Assembly: GCA_009103225.1 (NCBI GenBank)
Contig: RHPI01002090.1
Coordinates: 60,625 to 124,624 of the forward strand
Source of the DNA: Chlorokybus atmophyticus
Taxonomy: Eukaryota > Plantae > Mesostigma and Chlorokybus algae
Direction: 5' to 3'
Length of the DNA stretch: 64,000 nucleotides
Below the pieces are notes generated by a model. It searched no databases. It saw nothing but the letters and a program-made list of their open reading frames with translations, and was not told the origin of the DNA. Position numbers and translations under genes: made by a program. Shown one piece after another: positions 23,879 to 35,325 of this stretch. How positions within the stretch are numbered: position 1 is the first letter of the stretch; each line of letters starts with the position of its first letter.

Positions 23879-26460
23879 ATGGCGGCGGCGGCGGTGGTCG
23901 GGGGGTGGGCGATGAGGGGATGCTGCCTAGCTGCGTCCCTGCCGCTGCGGCTAGCGCTGAAGCCGCCTTTACGGAGAGGCGATGCAGGCGTGCTGCGCCG
24001 AAGAGCGCTGCCGCCGCCTCTTTCTAGCTCGCCAAGCTGCCACGTAGCGAGCGCTTCTTCCCACTTGCATGCGCAGACCTCCGCTTCACCTTCCTCGTCC
24101 TCCTCCTCCTCTTCCTCGAGGCCTGAGCTCTGGTTGTACAGCACCTCCAGCCGAAGCAAAGAGCGTTTTGTGGAGGAGACGCCTGGCAAGGTGTCCATGT
24201 ACGTCTGCGGCGTCACAGCATACGACTATAGTCACATTGGCCATGCGAGGGTGTATGTGGCGTTTGATGTCCTCTTCCGACTTTTACTTCACCTAGGTAT
24301 GTGTACAACGAGCCAGCTTAAGCAATGCCATGCTGAAGTCACTGGAGTGGTAATGTGAGAAGTGACAGCACAAATGTTGGGCACATTGGGCCATTTTCAC
24401 ATCCACGAGCACTTCATCACATTGAACTTCACGAGCTGTATGCTATGATCATGCAACACGTACAGCTGGGTGGCAACTGCATGCATGCTTGTGCTGTTAC
24501 AGTCAGTCATAATCTTCAATTTATTTTGCACAGCGTTGTCACACTATGAAGACATAGTTGTTAGAGCCCATGCTGAGTAAGATGTGTATGCGTGCGTGGT
24601 TCAGGCTACGATGTAAAGTACGCAAGGAACTTCACAGACGTCGACGACAAAATCATTGCTCGCGCTCGACAGCTTGGCGAGGAGTCGAACGCTCTTGCTG
24701 AGCGCTTTATCAACGAGTTCCACGCAGACATGGCAGCGCTAGGCTGCTTGCCACCCACAAGCGAGCCGCGCGTGACGGCACACATTCCCGACATCATCGA
24801 CATGATTGAGGTACACCACTGTCTAGGGATCCAAGACATGTTGCTTATGAAACACTAGTGCAGTGACCAAGTTGGGTAGCTATGATAGATGTTTTTGTTG
24901 CTGATACTGCTGCTGTTGGTGTGCAGAACATAATCAAGCGGGGCCACGCATACACGCAAGGCGGTGACGTGTACTTTGATGTCAAAAGCTTTGCCGAGTA
25001 TGGCCAGCTGTCGGGCCGAGGCGGGGAGGTTGAGGCGGCCACAGGCCGTGCGAGAGTGGAGGCAGATGCGCGCAAACGTGACCCCGCAGATTTCGCATTG
25101 TGGAAGGTAAGCTTGGCAAGTAGTAGTACATATAGTATGCTGGTGCAAACACGAGCATGCGTTTGTGTGCGTGTGCGTGTGCATGTGCATGTGCGTGTGT
25201 AATGTACACTCCCAATCGTTTTTGTGCATGAGCGTGCTGCTGAGCAGTCCCACATGAGCGTCATCAAACTGCTTGGATTACATGTGGGTTTGCCCTTTCG
25301 CAGTCGGCTAAGCCTCTAGAGCCTAGTTGGGACTCGCCCTGGGGTCCGGGAAGGCCAGGTTGGCACATCGAATGCAGCGCGATGATCGCGCGCGTCCTGG
25401 GTGACAGGATCGACATCCATGGAGGTGGAGCAGACCTGATCTTCCCACACCACGAGAACGAGATTGCGCAGTCGAAGGCTGCCTGCTCGCACGCACACGT
25501 TGGTTACTGGCTTCATAATGGTTTTGTCACGGTGGATGACACAAAGATGTCCAAGTCTTTGGGCAACTTCCAGACCATCCGCCAGGTAAGCATTTGAGAT
25601 TTACACATTCTTCCATCACAACCCTGCGTGCATCTGTAATTGTTAGTACCATCACAGCACAATCAATTCCGCAACATCTTTATCAATGTGTTTAAAATTC
25701 TGCAGGTGTTGAGCAATTATCACCCTTTTGCGCTGCGGTGGCTGCTAGTGGGCACCCATTATCGGGCGCCGATCCAGTTTTCAGCCAACTTGATGGATAT
25801 GGCGTCTCAACGCATATACGCAGTCTATCAAGCGCTGGACGACGTATCACATCATCCCAACAACACATCCAACAGTGCAGAGCACGCAGATGCAGAGGCA
25901 GATGCGCTGCGCAACACCGTGTTGACAGCGCTGTGCGACGATATGGCGACACCCAGCGCTGTTGCTGCCCTATCAGAACCGCTGCGGATTGTGAACGAGC
26001 TGCTCTATACCAAGAAGGTACACATCACTAGTAATATCTGGCATGTTGTGCTTGCGCATGACAATGGCTCGCGGGTCATGTCATGTGGCAACAGGTCAGG
26101 TTGAATTGTGAACATCATCTCCTGCAGGGCCGTAAAACGAAGGGTCGGGAACAGCTGTTGGCTGCCTGGGGAGCTGCGATTCAAGACAGCTTGCAGTTGC
26201 TTGGGTTTGATGCGCAGCACCCAGATAGAGTGCTACAGGAGTTGAAGTCTATGGCGCTGGTTCGCGCCAAAATGACTGAGGAGGAGATTCAAACACTTGT
26301 AGCAGAGAGGAAGGCCGCGCGTGTCAACAAAGAATATGGACGTGCTGATGAGATCAGGAGGTCCCTGGAGATGCGCGGCATTGCGCTCATGGATTTGGGC
26401 GAGGTGACCAGCTGGCAACCAACCGCGCCGCAATTGAGCCAAGAACCAGTGACTGCGTAA
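23879..26460 (+). CDS. cysS: Cysteinyl-tRNA synthetase, organellar type with N-terminal transit peptide, 6 exons
   Basis: [18 protein letters not shown] (HIGH), [63 protein letters not shown] (KMSKS). Exons 23879-24296, 24605-24810, 24927-25106, 25304-25585, 25706-26017, 26128-26460. Confidence 0.96.
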
Positions 26461-27001
26461 AGCTAGCAGGGCTGCATTTGTCCAGCAGACATTGTTAGCT
26501 CATTCTGACCATTCTTTGAAAAAGTGACAGAAAGCATGCTTGAGAATGCCATACACGCTCTACGTAACAATGGACACCTGGCATGTGATGCCGACCGTTC
26601 TCTTCAAAACTGCGCTGCGGTATGTATTGCTGCAGCCACTGGCCATTTCATGCAGTGCCTACCATGTCGCCTCTTGCTCCGCAAGGTAAGCTGTGGGTTG
26701 TGTGCGCAGGATACTCTGTTGCAAGTCACTAGCTGAAGCTCCTGGGCTGAAGCAGTTGCAGCCGCTTTGAAGGATTCAGGCTCATATAGCCAAGTCCATC
26801 AAGAGGTCGCAAGGCAAGGTGAGGCTTCTTCATACATTTTATATTGCACATTACCACATAGCCTGGAAAGTCGGTTAATGCGACAGCACAGCGCGTGCCT
26901 TGAATTGAAAGCATGCTTACAGCTTACAGCGCGCGAGACACTATGGCCTTGGTATGGACTTGCTGCTGACGCTGGACTTGGCGGATACATGTGTTCTGTC
27001 C

Positions 27002-27790
27002 TTAAATTTGTTCCAAGCTTCCAGACAGGTAGGTTGTCATAACAGGATCACACATGCAGCCAACCAGATAGCTGGCTCTGATGACCCGCAACATGCAGCT
27101 AATGGCGCGGCTTCCTGTCTTCTTCTCTCCACCTTCCACCGACGTGCTCGGGTTTGCATTGTGGATGTTTGCAGCGGCCCCAAACAGCAATGCGCCTGCA
27201 GCTAGTTCAGCACTTAGTGACGGACCTCAGCGGAGGGTACCTGATGTGGGTTTATATGGGCTTCGACTCATCTCCATCTCTGCTTCTGCCCCCTGTTGCC
27301 CCAGCGTTGGCCGTAACCAATGACACACCCACACATATGCAAGCCAATCAATGACAACTGGGTTGATCCGGGCACTGCTGTCACAGCCATGGATACCCCT
27401 GACTGTAGTGTTGCCTTGTAGAGTAGTAAGCTTGCTGTTATCACTGTACAGATTTATCTTCCTAGTTGATGTGCGTTGTGAAACAGCAACCACGCCAGCG
27501 CTTGGCCCGTTGGCAAGCCTCGTAGTGTACACAAGAACGGCGAGGGGTTGACTGCGTGCAACGCACGCCACACACAAACACACAACATGCATGACATGCA
27601 CAACACACGCATGGCACATGGCATCACTCCGTCAAAAGGGCACCACCGGGATACGCAATAACCTGTGCACAATTGGCTTTGCATAAGCACAACTGATAAG
27701 TGGACAGCAAGCACAAACACCAGCAGGCACAACCCAAAGTAGTGTGAGGCAAAGGCCTGCATATCTTGCAGGTTGTAGTCGAACATCTTC
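27002..27790 (-). CDS. Possible hypothetical gene or fragment (exon-like open segments)
   Basis: Open, splice-bounded segments KMFDYNLQDMQAFASHYFGLCLL, SQPLAVLVYTTRLANGPSAG...YKPTS and LLFGAAANIHNANPS...SLEQI*; no recognisable family. Confidence 0.2.
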
Positions 27791-28181
27791 ACACTTCATG
27801 TGACATAGCTCTTACAAAGAGAATCTCTTGTGTTCACGTTACTCGTCCCAACCTCAATATTGTGTTGTTCATTGACCGCTAGTGTGAGTGTGTCATGACG
27901 ACGTGTTTTGCTATATGTTGCAATATGAATTGCTGCTACTCTGCTTATATTTGCGCTAGGCGAAGTGTCTTTGGTTGAAATTATGCAGTGTTTTGGTCAT
28001 ATTGCTTGCAGGCACAAATGATTGGTTGAGTAATTTGGGCAGGTGAATGTGGTGGCATTGGAAATATGTTATTAGCAACCCAACCTGCTGGCAATCATGG
28101 CTAAGAGTGCTACCTTAACTTAACTAAATGTAGGTGACTCCTAAGGATGAAGAATACATACAACCACGTTTCCTAACGAAG

Positions 28182-28380
28182 AAGAGCTCTTTCTTTGTTG
28201 GCATTGCTAGCAAAGCAGCACACTTTGTATACGTTATCGCAGCTAGCGGTGCCGAGTTTAACAAAACAAATCCAACAAAGAAAGAGCTCTTTATTTATTG
28301 GCGTTGCTAGCAAAGTAGCACACTTTGTATACATTATCGCAGCATGCGGTGCCTAGTATAACAAATAAACATCAAACAAT
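28182..28380. repeat. Diverged 100-bp tandem duplication
   Basis: AAGAGCTCTTT...GCTAGCAAAG(C/T)AGCACACTTTGTATAC(G/A)TTATCGCAGC... starts at 28182 and again at 28282. Confidence 0.85.
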
Positions 28381-28868
28381 ACAGATCTTTGTTCAGACGC
28401 TGCGTAGAGCGCGCAAAGTGACCAAACATGCTGCAATTCATAATGCCACGTAAAGTTTGGTTATGCTATTTTGCATTGAGATTTTGCACAACGCTGTAAC
28501 GTAGCGATACTCGACGCCAGAATTGTAGAATGATTGCGGTTATAATTGTGACCTGCGTAGTCGTGAGGTTGCATTGATATATAAAATGTAGCATAAACTA
28601 CGCCGTATGATACAATGCATGACGATGTGGCTCGCATGAGGCGCTATTGACTTTCAACCGCAACCAACAAATGCAGTGAATGAAATGAAAAGATGGTGAC
28701 AAGATGTTTATGTTGCTGCTGTGTTCGTTCGTTCGTTCGTCCATACCCCAAAACCTACCCAGCCCTACTGACCTACATCAAGCGCTGATGGCTTTTGCCG
28801 CAGGGCGCGGGTGGAGAAGGAGGTTCACAAAACATATCGAGCGCCGTGTTTGGAATGCGGGTGCCACC

Positions 28869-28941
28869 CGCACTCTGAGGGATTCGAACCCCCGACCACA
28901 CGGTTAAAAGCCGTGCGCTCTACCAGCTGAGCTAAGAGTGC
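28869..28941 (-). tRNA. trnK-UUU: tRNA-Lys(UUU), intronless, 73 nt
   Basis: GCACTCT acceptor stem pairs with AGAGTGC; D-arm TAGCTCAGCTGGTAGAGC; anticodon arm CACGG-CT TTT AA-CCGTG; T-loop GGTTCGAATCC. Confidence 0.97.
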
Positions 28942-29734
28942 TCGCATGCTCGGGATGGCTAATACAACAATGATAAACTATAATAAACTATTAATCTACA
29001 AAGCCCTTCAACTTTGCTTGTGCCCGAAGCAGTTAGCCGCCGTATGCGTGACGTGGGAGGAGTGAGGCGCAGCACAAAGCGGCTGCCGACGCATGTGGGA
29101 GGACGTGTTGGCGCCACGGTGAGTGTCTTGTTGAAAAGCCGACGCCGATAACCAGCTTGCGGCGCGTTGATCTTGCGCCATTCTAGCCAGCGCAACCACC
29201 GCCGACATGTACCTTGAGCTCAAACCAACCAGGCTCAACCTTTTTCTCGTTCGCTAAATCACTCATACAAACACCAACATGCACATGCCTGCTGTATGTT
29301 ACGGGCTTCGCATTGCTGCTACAGGGAAAGGGCAAAGCTTTAGCAAGACGCACGTCGTGTTGTGTTCCGTTTCATTTCGCTAGGCTTAAGGGTTGGGTTA
29401 GGATTGTCTGGCAAGCATTGGTGTGCTGCATGCTGGTGCTCGCAAACGACCGATACTCACAGTGGATAGCAAAGACTGCGCTGCTTCTATGCACATGCAA
29501 GGCTGCTGCTGCGCTTGGGGGTGCCATGGCCCTGTCTCTGCAGGCACTGTGACCGTATAGAGGTGTAGATGCAAAAGTGGGCAGCTCTCTTGAACAGCCG
29601 GTCACCTTCCTGCGCACGCCTTGCAACAACTAACCTCCCGCCTTCCTTCTCTTTCGCCATACAGTCAGTCAGGTTAGAAGTCATAGGTTGTGATTGGTTG
29701 CGTATGCATGCTCTGCAATGCCATTGCGGGGGCC

Positions 29735-30597
29735 ATGTTGTCGTCAAGCGTGCACAGGGGTTACTTCCCCTGTCATTTTAATTCCCGTCAACGCAGCAAG
29801 CAGATTGATCACCCTCAAAACAGGTGCTTAGCTGCAATGGGCACCAACGGAGGTCAAGCATCAGAAGAGGCACGTAAGAAGGCAGCGATATACACTCGCA
29901 CTGGAGACTCAGGTGGGGGGTTTGTAGAGTTTTGGGATGGAAACATGTGCATGTGTGAATGTGTGCATGTGAACATGTATATATACTTCGCTCAGCATGC
30001 ATGTACGGGAAACACGGGAGTCAATGTACGAAACCTGTAGTTGTTGACACAGGTACTTCCAGTCTGTACAGTGGGGAGCGCCGCGAGAAGGACGCGGAGG
30101 TGTTCGAGGCTCTCGGCGATGTGGACGAGCTCAACTCTGCCGTGGGCGTGGCACGCGAGTACTGCATTGATGGCGATGACGACACCCTGTCTGGAGAGCT
30201 GTCTGAAATCCAGTCTCGCCTCCTCGACGTGGGCTCCGCCGTGGCCACGCCCGTAAGCACGTCGCCAACGAGCAAGCTCCAGCGCACGCGCTTCGACGAT
30301 GCTCATGTGGCCGTCGTGGAGGCGTGGATCGACGCCCTCGACGCGAAGCTCCCGCGCCTTACCAACTTTATCCTGCCGTCGGGTGGAAAGGGAAGCGCAC
30401 ACTTGCACGTCTGCAGGGGCATATGCAGGCGCGCGGAGAGGCGTGTTGTCCCTCTCGTACGCCAGCAGCAGGTTGAGCCTGCCATTGGAAAGTACCTCAA
30501 CCGCCTCAGTGACTACTTCTTTACCGCAGCGCGGTTTGCGGCCATGCAGGCAGGTCAGCCTGAGGTCATCTACCAGAAAGCAAGGACTGATGCCTAG
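29735..30597 (+). CDS. MMAB: ATP:cob(I)alamin adenosyltransferase (PduO/MMAB type), 2 exons; alternative start at 29837
   Basis: IYTRTGDSG|TSSLYSGERREKD...FEALGDVDELNSAVG, IQSRLLDVGS, LPRLTNFILPSG, AHLHVCRGICRRAERRVV, YLNRLSDYFFTAAR. Intron 29913-30052. Confidence 0.93.
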
Positions 30598-31359
30598 GCC
30601 ACCTAGTTGATGGTATTGTACGGCGTGTTGATGGTAATGGTGGCAGGTGGCTGAGTGGCAGTGGTATGCTGTTGTATGTTTGGCATAACGTGGGTGCTAG
30701 GAGCCTTAAGTGTCAGGCAGGTCGCAGTGCAGACATGCATTGCTTGTGAAATTGTTATGGTGCTTGGTTACCTTTGCAAGTCGGCACGTGAACATTCAAG
30801 CATTGATACTTAACAATTTACAATTTAGTGTTCACAATTTTGTGTTCAGTGTTACAGCAGAGTGTCAGTTACAAGAGCGCATGCAATGGGGCTATGCTAT
30901 CACGCACTCAACAAACAACACCATCACACCAACCGGGGGCCATGGCTCTCAACCTCACCTACGTGCATGTGAGCATGCAAATGCAGCAGTAGGTTGCAGG
31001 GGTGCAAGGCAAGCATGGTGTAACGCTTCCATTCAGCCAAGCCCTTGGGCCTCTCGCTTGTCCCACTCACAATCACCAACTCTTTCCTGTAAGGAATGGA
31101 ACCGATAGTTGGTGAGATAAAATGACACCCAAGCTGCAGTAGCTTCGCCATACACAGGTATTCATTGCAAGCTGACGTTTGGTCTGCATCGAACACAAGC
31201 ACAAACCAGCCAGCAGTTCGAAAAGCTGCAAGCATTAGCGGCTACGGCCTTGTCAGGTGGACAATGGACAGAGAAGCTGAGACTATTGGAGGAAGTCTCT
31301 CTGTCAACTCAAAACTATTTCATGTTAGGGCCCTACTTCACCGGATCGACAACCTAGTG

Positions 31360-34172
31360 TTAACTGGAGGCAGGAAGGGGTGGTGAACTACTACTGCGCG
31401 TACTGCATTTCCAAGTATGGGCAAACCGCCAGATGCGAAGGCAATTGGTTCCAGGCTGGCTGTCCACATTGCGTTGTTCATGCCCTTTGCCGCTGATTGC
31501 ATTGCTTCGTGCTTGTGCGTCCTCCACCTCCTCCATATCTGCGTGTTCTGGAAGGACAAAGCGTCGCTGCCCGGAACTGGTAGCGGCAAGCGGCAGGCCA
31601 CTGTGAAAGGCAAAGCCATTCACGGTGTCCTCCGCAGCAGTGAATGATGACGCGAGCTCGCCGGTTTGCAAGTCAAACATGCGCACTTTCCCGTCCTGCC
31701 AAACAACACCAGTACAACATCAGAGTTGAAAGTTAGCTGATTGCAACACGTGCATGCCATGAGCCACTTCAAGTTCGTAACGTACCTCACCGCCCGTGCA
31801 GAGATACCGACCGCTGATATCAATGTCGAAGGTGATGCGCTGGTTGGTGCTTTCTGTTGGCCGATGCAGCCTGCATATTCACACCTGATAAGCCTTGGAT
31901 GCAACATAGGTTGCTGGCAGAGGTGACAATCCAGGATGTCACCTGTACAGCACATTGCCAGTGTTCCTTATATCCCAACATAGAATCTCCCGGTCCCGTC
32001 TTGCACCCGTGTATAGATAGTTCCCATCTTGTGAAAATTGCAACTGCGGCGCATCAACAATATCTGAGCATTCATGCAAGGAGCAGCACGTGAGGACATG
32101 ACTAGTTTGCGAGTGGCGCACATGTGTGATGCCGCCATGCTGGCCATGCAAGACGAAAAGGGGCTCGCAGTTGGCTTCAGAGTACAAGCCTGTGGTCTGC
32201 GAGTACGATCCGGCAGCAAACATGCCGGACTTGTCGGGATTGAACGCCATGCATGAGATGATGCCTGCAGGTCGGAATGCAGTGGTAAGCACTCACTGTT
32301 GGCAATCAGCAAGCCACATGCGCTGTGTGCATCACCTGTTTGCCCTTGCTTCATGGCATTGACAGTCGGATATGTGACATACTCACGTCCAGGCCGTGCT
32401 GTGTCAAACACTCTAATGGACTTCTTGTAGCCGCAGAACAACCTGTGCAGCCACAGGGTTTTATCGAGCAGCCAGAACTTAGTTAAGCTCACTAATCCTG
32501 GCAGCAACAGCTTACTTGTCTCCTGTCGGGTTGAACGCTATGCTGTATGCAGCTGTCACTTCATCCAAATGGTCGTAAGCGCGGTAGGTGCACCTGAGCT
32601 GTCAAGAGACAGGAATGGCGTGCAGAGTTAGTGAGAGCGTGCATGCTTGCAGTATCAACGTGTGCATGCGCATGCACGCGTGTCTGTGTTGACATTTCAC
32701 ATCATCTGCACAGCACGCAGTACCTCTCCAGTAACTGCATCCCACATGTGAACTGGGTGCTCCCTGGTAGTGGTTGCAAAGCAGCAGGTGGCCAGATCTG
32801 CTCACAACATAAACCTGTTGCTATGTGGATTGCGGTTCAGAGATGACGATCAGTGCCTGCTGTATGTATGTATACACACCTGTTGCTTGCATGAGAGAGT
32901 ACCAAGCAAAGTCGTAGACAGTCTCCCCTTCTGTGACAGTCAACGCAGGTGCCAACGTGTCTGCAAAACCCGTTGTGAGCTCAACAATAATGCTGCAATT
33001 CAGCTGTGCGGAAACAACCACCGTACCCAATCACAAGTACATACCACCACAGCAGCAGACCTTACCAGACGGTACCTTTGGCCTGACTGGTGTCCGCAGC
33101 GGGCTGGTTCATGGCGTCAGCTGGCCTTGTCATCAACAGATAGAAAATAAGAGAAACACAACATGCTTGGCAGTAAAACTCTGTCACCAAGGTGCATTGG
33201 TGTGCATGCATGCAACTGCACACGATGACTCACAGGTCAAAGCAGCGTATCCTGCAGTCTTCGCTGCTGGTCAGCAAGCACGCACCATCTGGGGACCTGT
33301 TGCAAAACGCAAAAGTAAGCTACGGAAAGGACATGGACCACAAGCAATGACACAACACGCATAGCAGCGAGATGGTGTTTCAAAAGCACACCCAGGTGTT
33401 GTGCAGGTACGACACTGACTATTATGCATGCATGACTAACGGGGCGTAGTGATAGCTTTAGCAGTAGTGAGGTAGTTGGTTAGTGAGGTAGTTAGCTGAC
33501 CAGAGTGTAAGTTTGGCCGGTGGTTGATTGATAGGTGCGGTCCTGCAATGCATGCTGTGTGTGGTGTATGGTGTGTGGTGCAATTAGACTGCATGTGCCC
33601 ATGGCCCTCTGCATATATGTAACCACCTCGGTGATTACTGCTTGCTGTCACATGCGTTGCGAGTTGCAAGTGCAATGTACATAGTTGTGCATGGCAATAA
33701 GTGTAGCATTGCGAGAGCTAGCACGACAATGCCGTGCATTGCAACAACGCTGCAGTGGCAGCCGGCAGGAAAACAAAACAAGATGTGCTTGCAAGCTTGT
33801 GCAGGACCAACAACAAACTGTTACAGCCTTCGTTCGTATGCAAGTCTGTACATTGATTGGTGTATGTGCCACCCGTTGCCCACCCCAAACCTAAGGCCAT
33901 GCTTACCACTTGACTCCTTTCAGGAAGTTGCCGAGAGCACAGCGGGCAGGCGCGGCGGCGGCGCCGTCCGCGTAGACGCGCTGGCATTGCTGCACGCGCT
34001 CCGCGACGACGCCATCTGCGTCCGTGCTCAGCTCCGGCCACCAGAACTGCTCCGGCTGCTGCTCCGGCTCTGCCGCAGCAGCCCCGCCATCGCTGTCCAC
34101 GGCCATGCTGTCGGCAGCGGGAACTAGACCCTGAGCCGCTTCATCCTCCGGCGACAACTCCTCCGACGCCAT
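31360..34172 (-). CDS. WRAP53: WD40 protein WRAP53/TCAB1 (telomerase Cajal body protein 1) homolog, multi-exon
   Basis: NFLKGVKW|SPDGACLLTSSED, EGETVYDFAWYS, EHPVHMWDAVTG, YRAYDHLDEVTAAYS, LFCGYKKSIRVFDTARPGR, GIISCMAF, HGQHGGITH, FSQDGNYLYTGARRD, TNQRITFDID. Confidence 0.88.
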
Positions 34173-34990
34173 CAGCCCCACCCGTCCCGCTGCGTGCGCA
34201 GCCGCCGCCTTGCCCCTACGGCGTCAGGTATCCTGACGCCGGTAAGGTGCAAGACATTTTGACTCAGGATGTCTTACAGCATTCCGTCGCGTGACAAGGC
34301 CTTGCGCAATTGTACGGACAACTGAGGGTGGGGGGCATGCAGAGCGATATGCTTGTTCTGTGTCGCGCATAGAGCACATTTGACAGGCTTACATGAGGGC
34401 GCGTTGAGCACCAACAACGGCAGCTCTGTTGTGAATAATGATTACGTCTCTCGCGTTCATGAACAACTGTGCAACATTCAGTGAAATAGAAACCTTCAGC
34501 TACACCGAGCCGCCATCACCAATGCTTGTTTGACTCGAGTTGGCACTGTAGCTGTACATATCTGCTGCACACACCGCTGCTGTTTCATACGGTTTCGTAC
34601 TACCTTTGACAAAGGCACATCTTTTCCAACTGAGGGAGTGCACAGCATAAATGGGTAACAACGCTCAATGCACACATCAACTCACAAAAGAGCCCCCATG
34701 ACATTCGGACATATTGTACACACTCATAAAAGTCGCCATCAAGATATAGACTCCTCAACCAGGCCATAACAGCCTACGGCTAATGCACATCAGACCTTTC
34801 CGTCTGAACAACTGCAAGTAGTATAGAAGTTAAGAGTAGCTACCTCTGGCTTCTCCCCTACCAGTGGCGCCATTTGCAACCTGTGTTTTGTTTACACGTA
34901 CAAAATCTCCGCATGCGCATTGGCCATCGAGCAATGCGCCAGAAAGCCGGGTATCCAACCCTTGCGTCCATCCCCCCCCCCTCCCTCCCC

Positions 34991-35244
34991 NNNNNNNNNN
35001 NNNNNNNNNNNNNNNNNNNNNNNNNNNNNNNNNNNNNNNNNNNNNNNNNNNNNNNNNNNNNNNNNNNNNNNNNNNNNNNNNNNNNNNNNNNNNNNNNNNN
35101 NNNNNNNNNNNNNNNNNNNNNNNNNNNNNNNNNNNNNNNNNNNNNNNNNNNNNNNNNNNNNNNNNNNNNNNNNNNNNNNNNNNNNNNNNNNNNNNNNNNN
35201 NNNNNNNNNNNNNNNNNNNNNNNNNNNNNNNNNNNNNNNNNNNN
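34991..35244. other. Assembly gap (N run)
   Basis: Run of N next to a poly-C tract. Confidence 1.
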
Positions 35245-35325
35245 CCACCACAAAAAAAACCAAGAAACCTTGAAACCAGCAGGAACCTTCAACCGACCAA
35301 GATATCAGGCTGCTGGTCACTGCAG

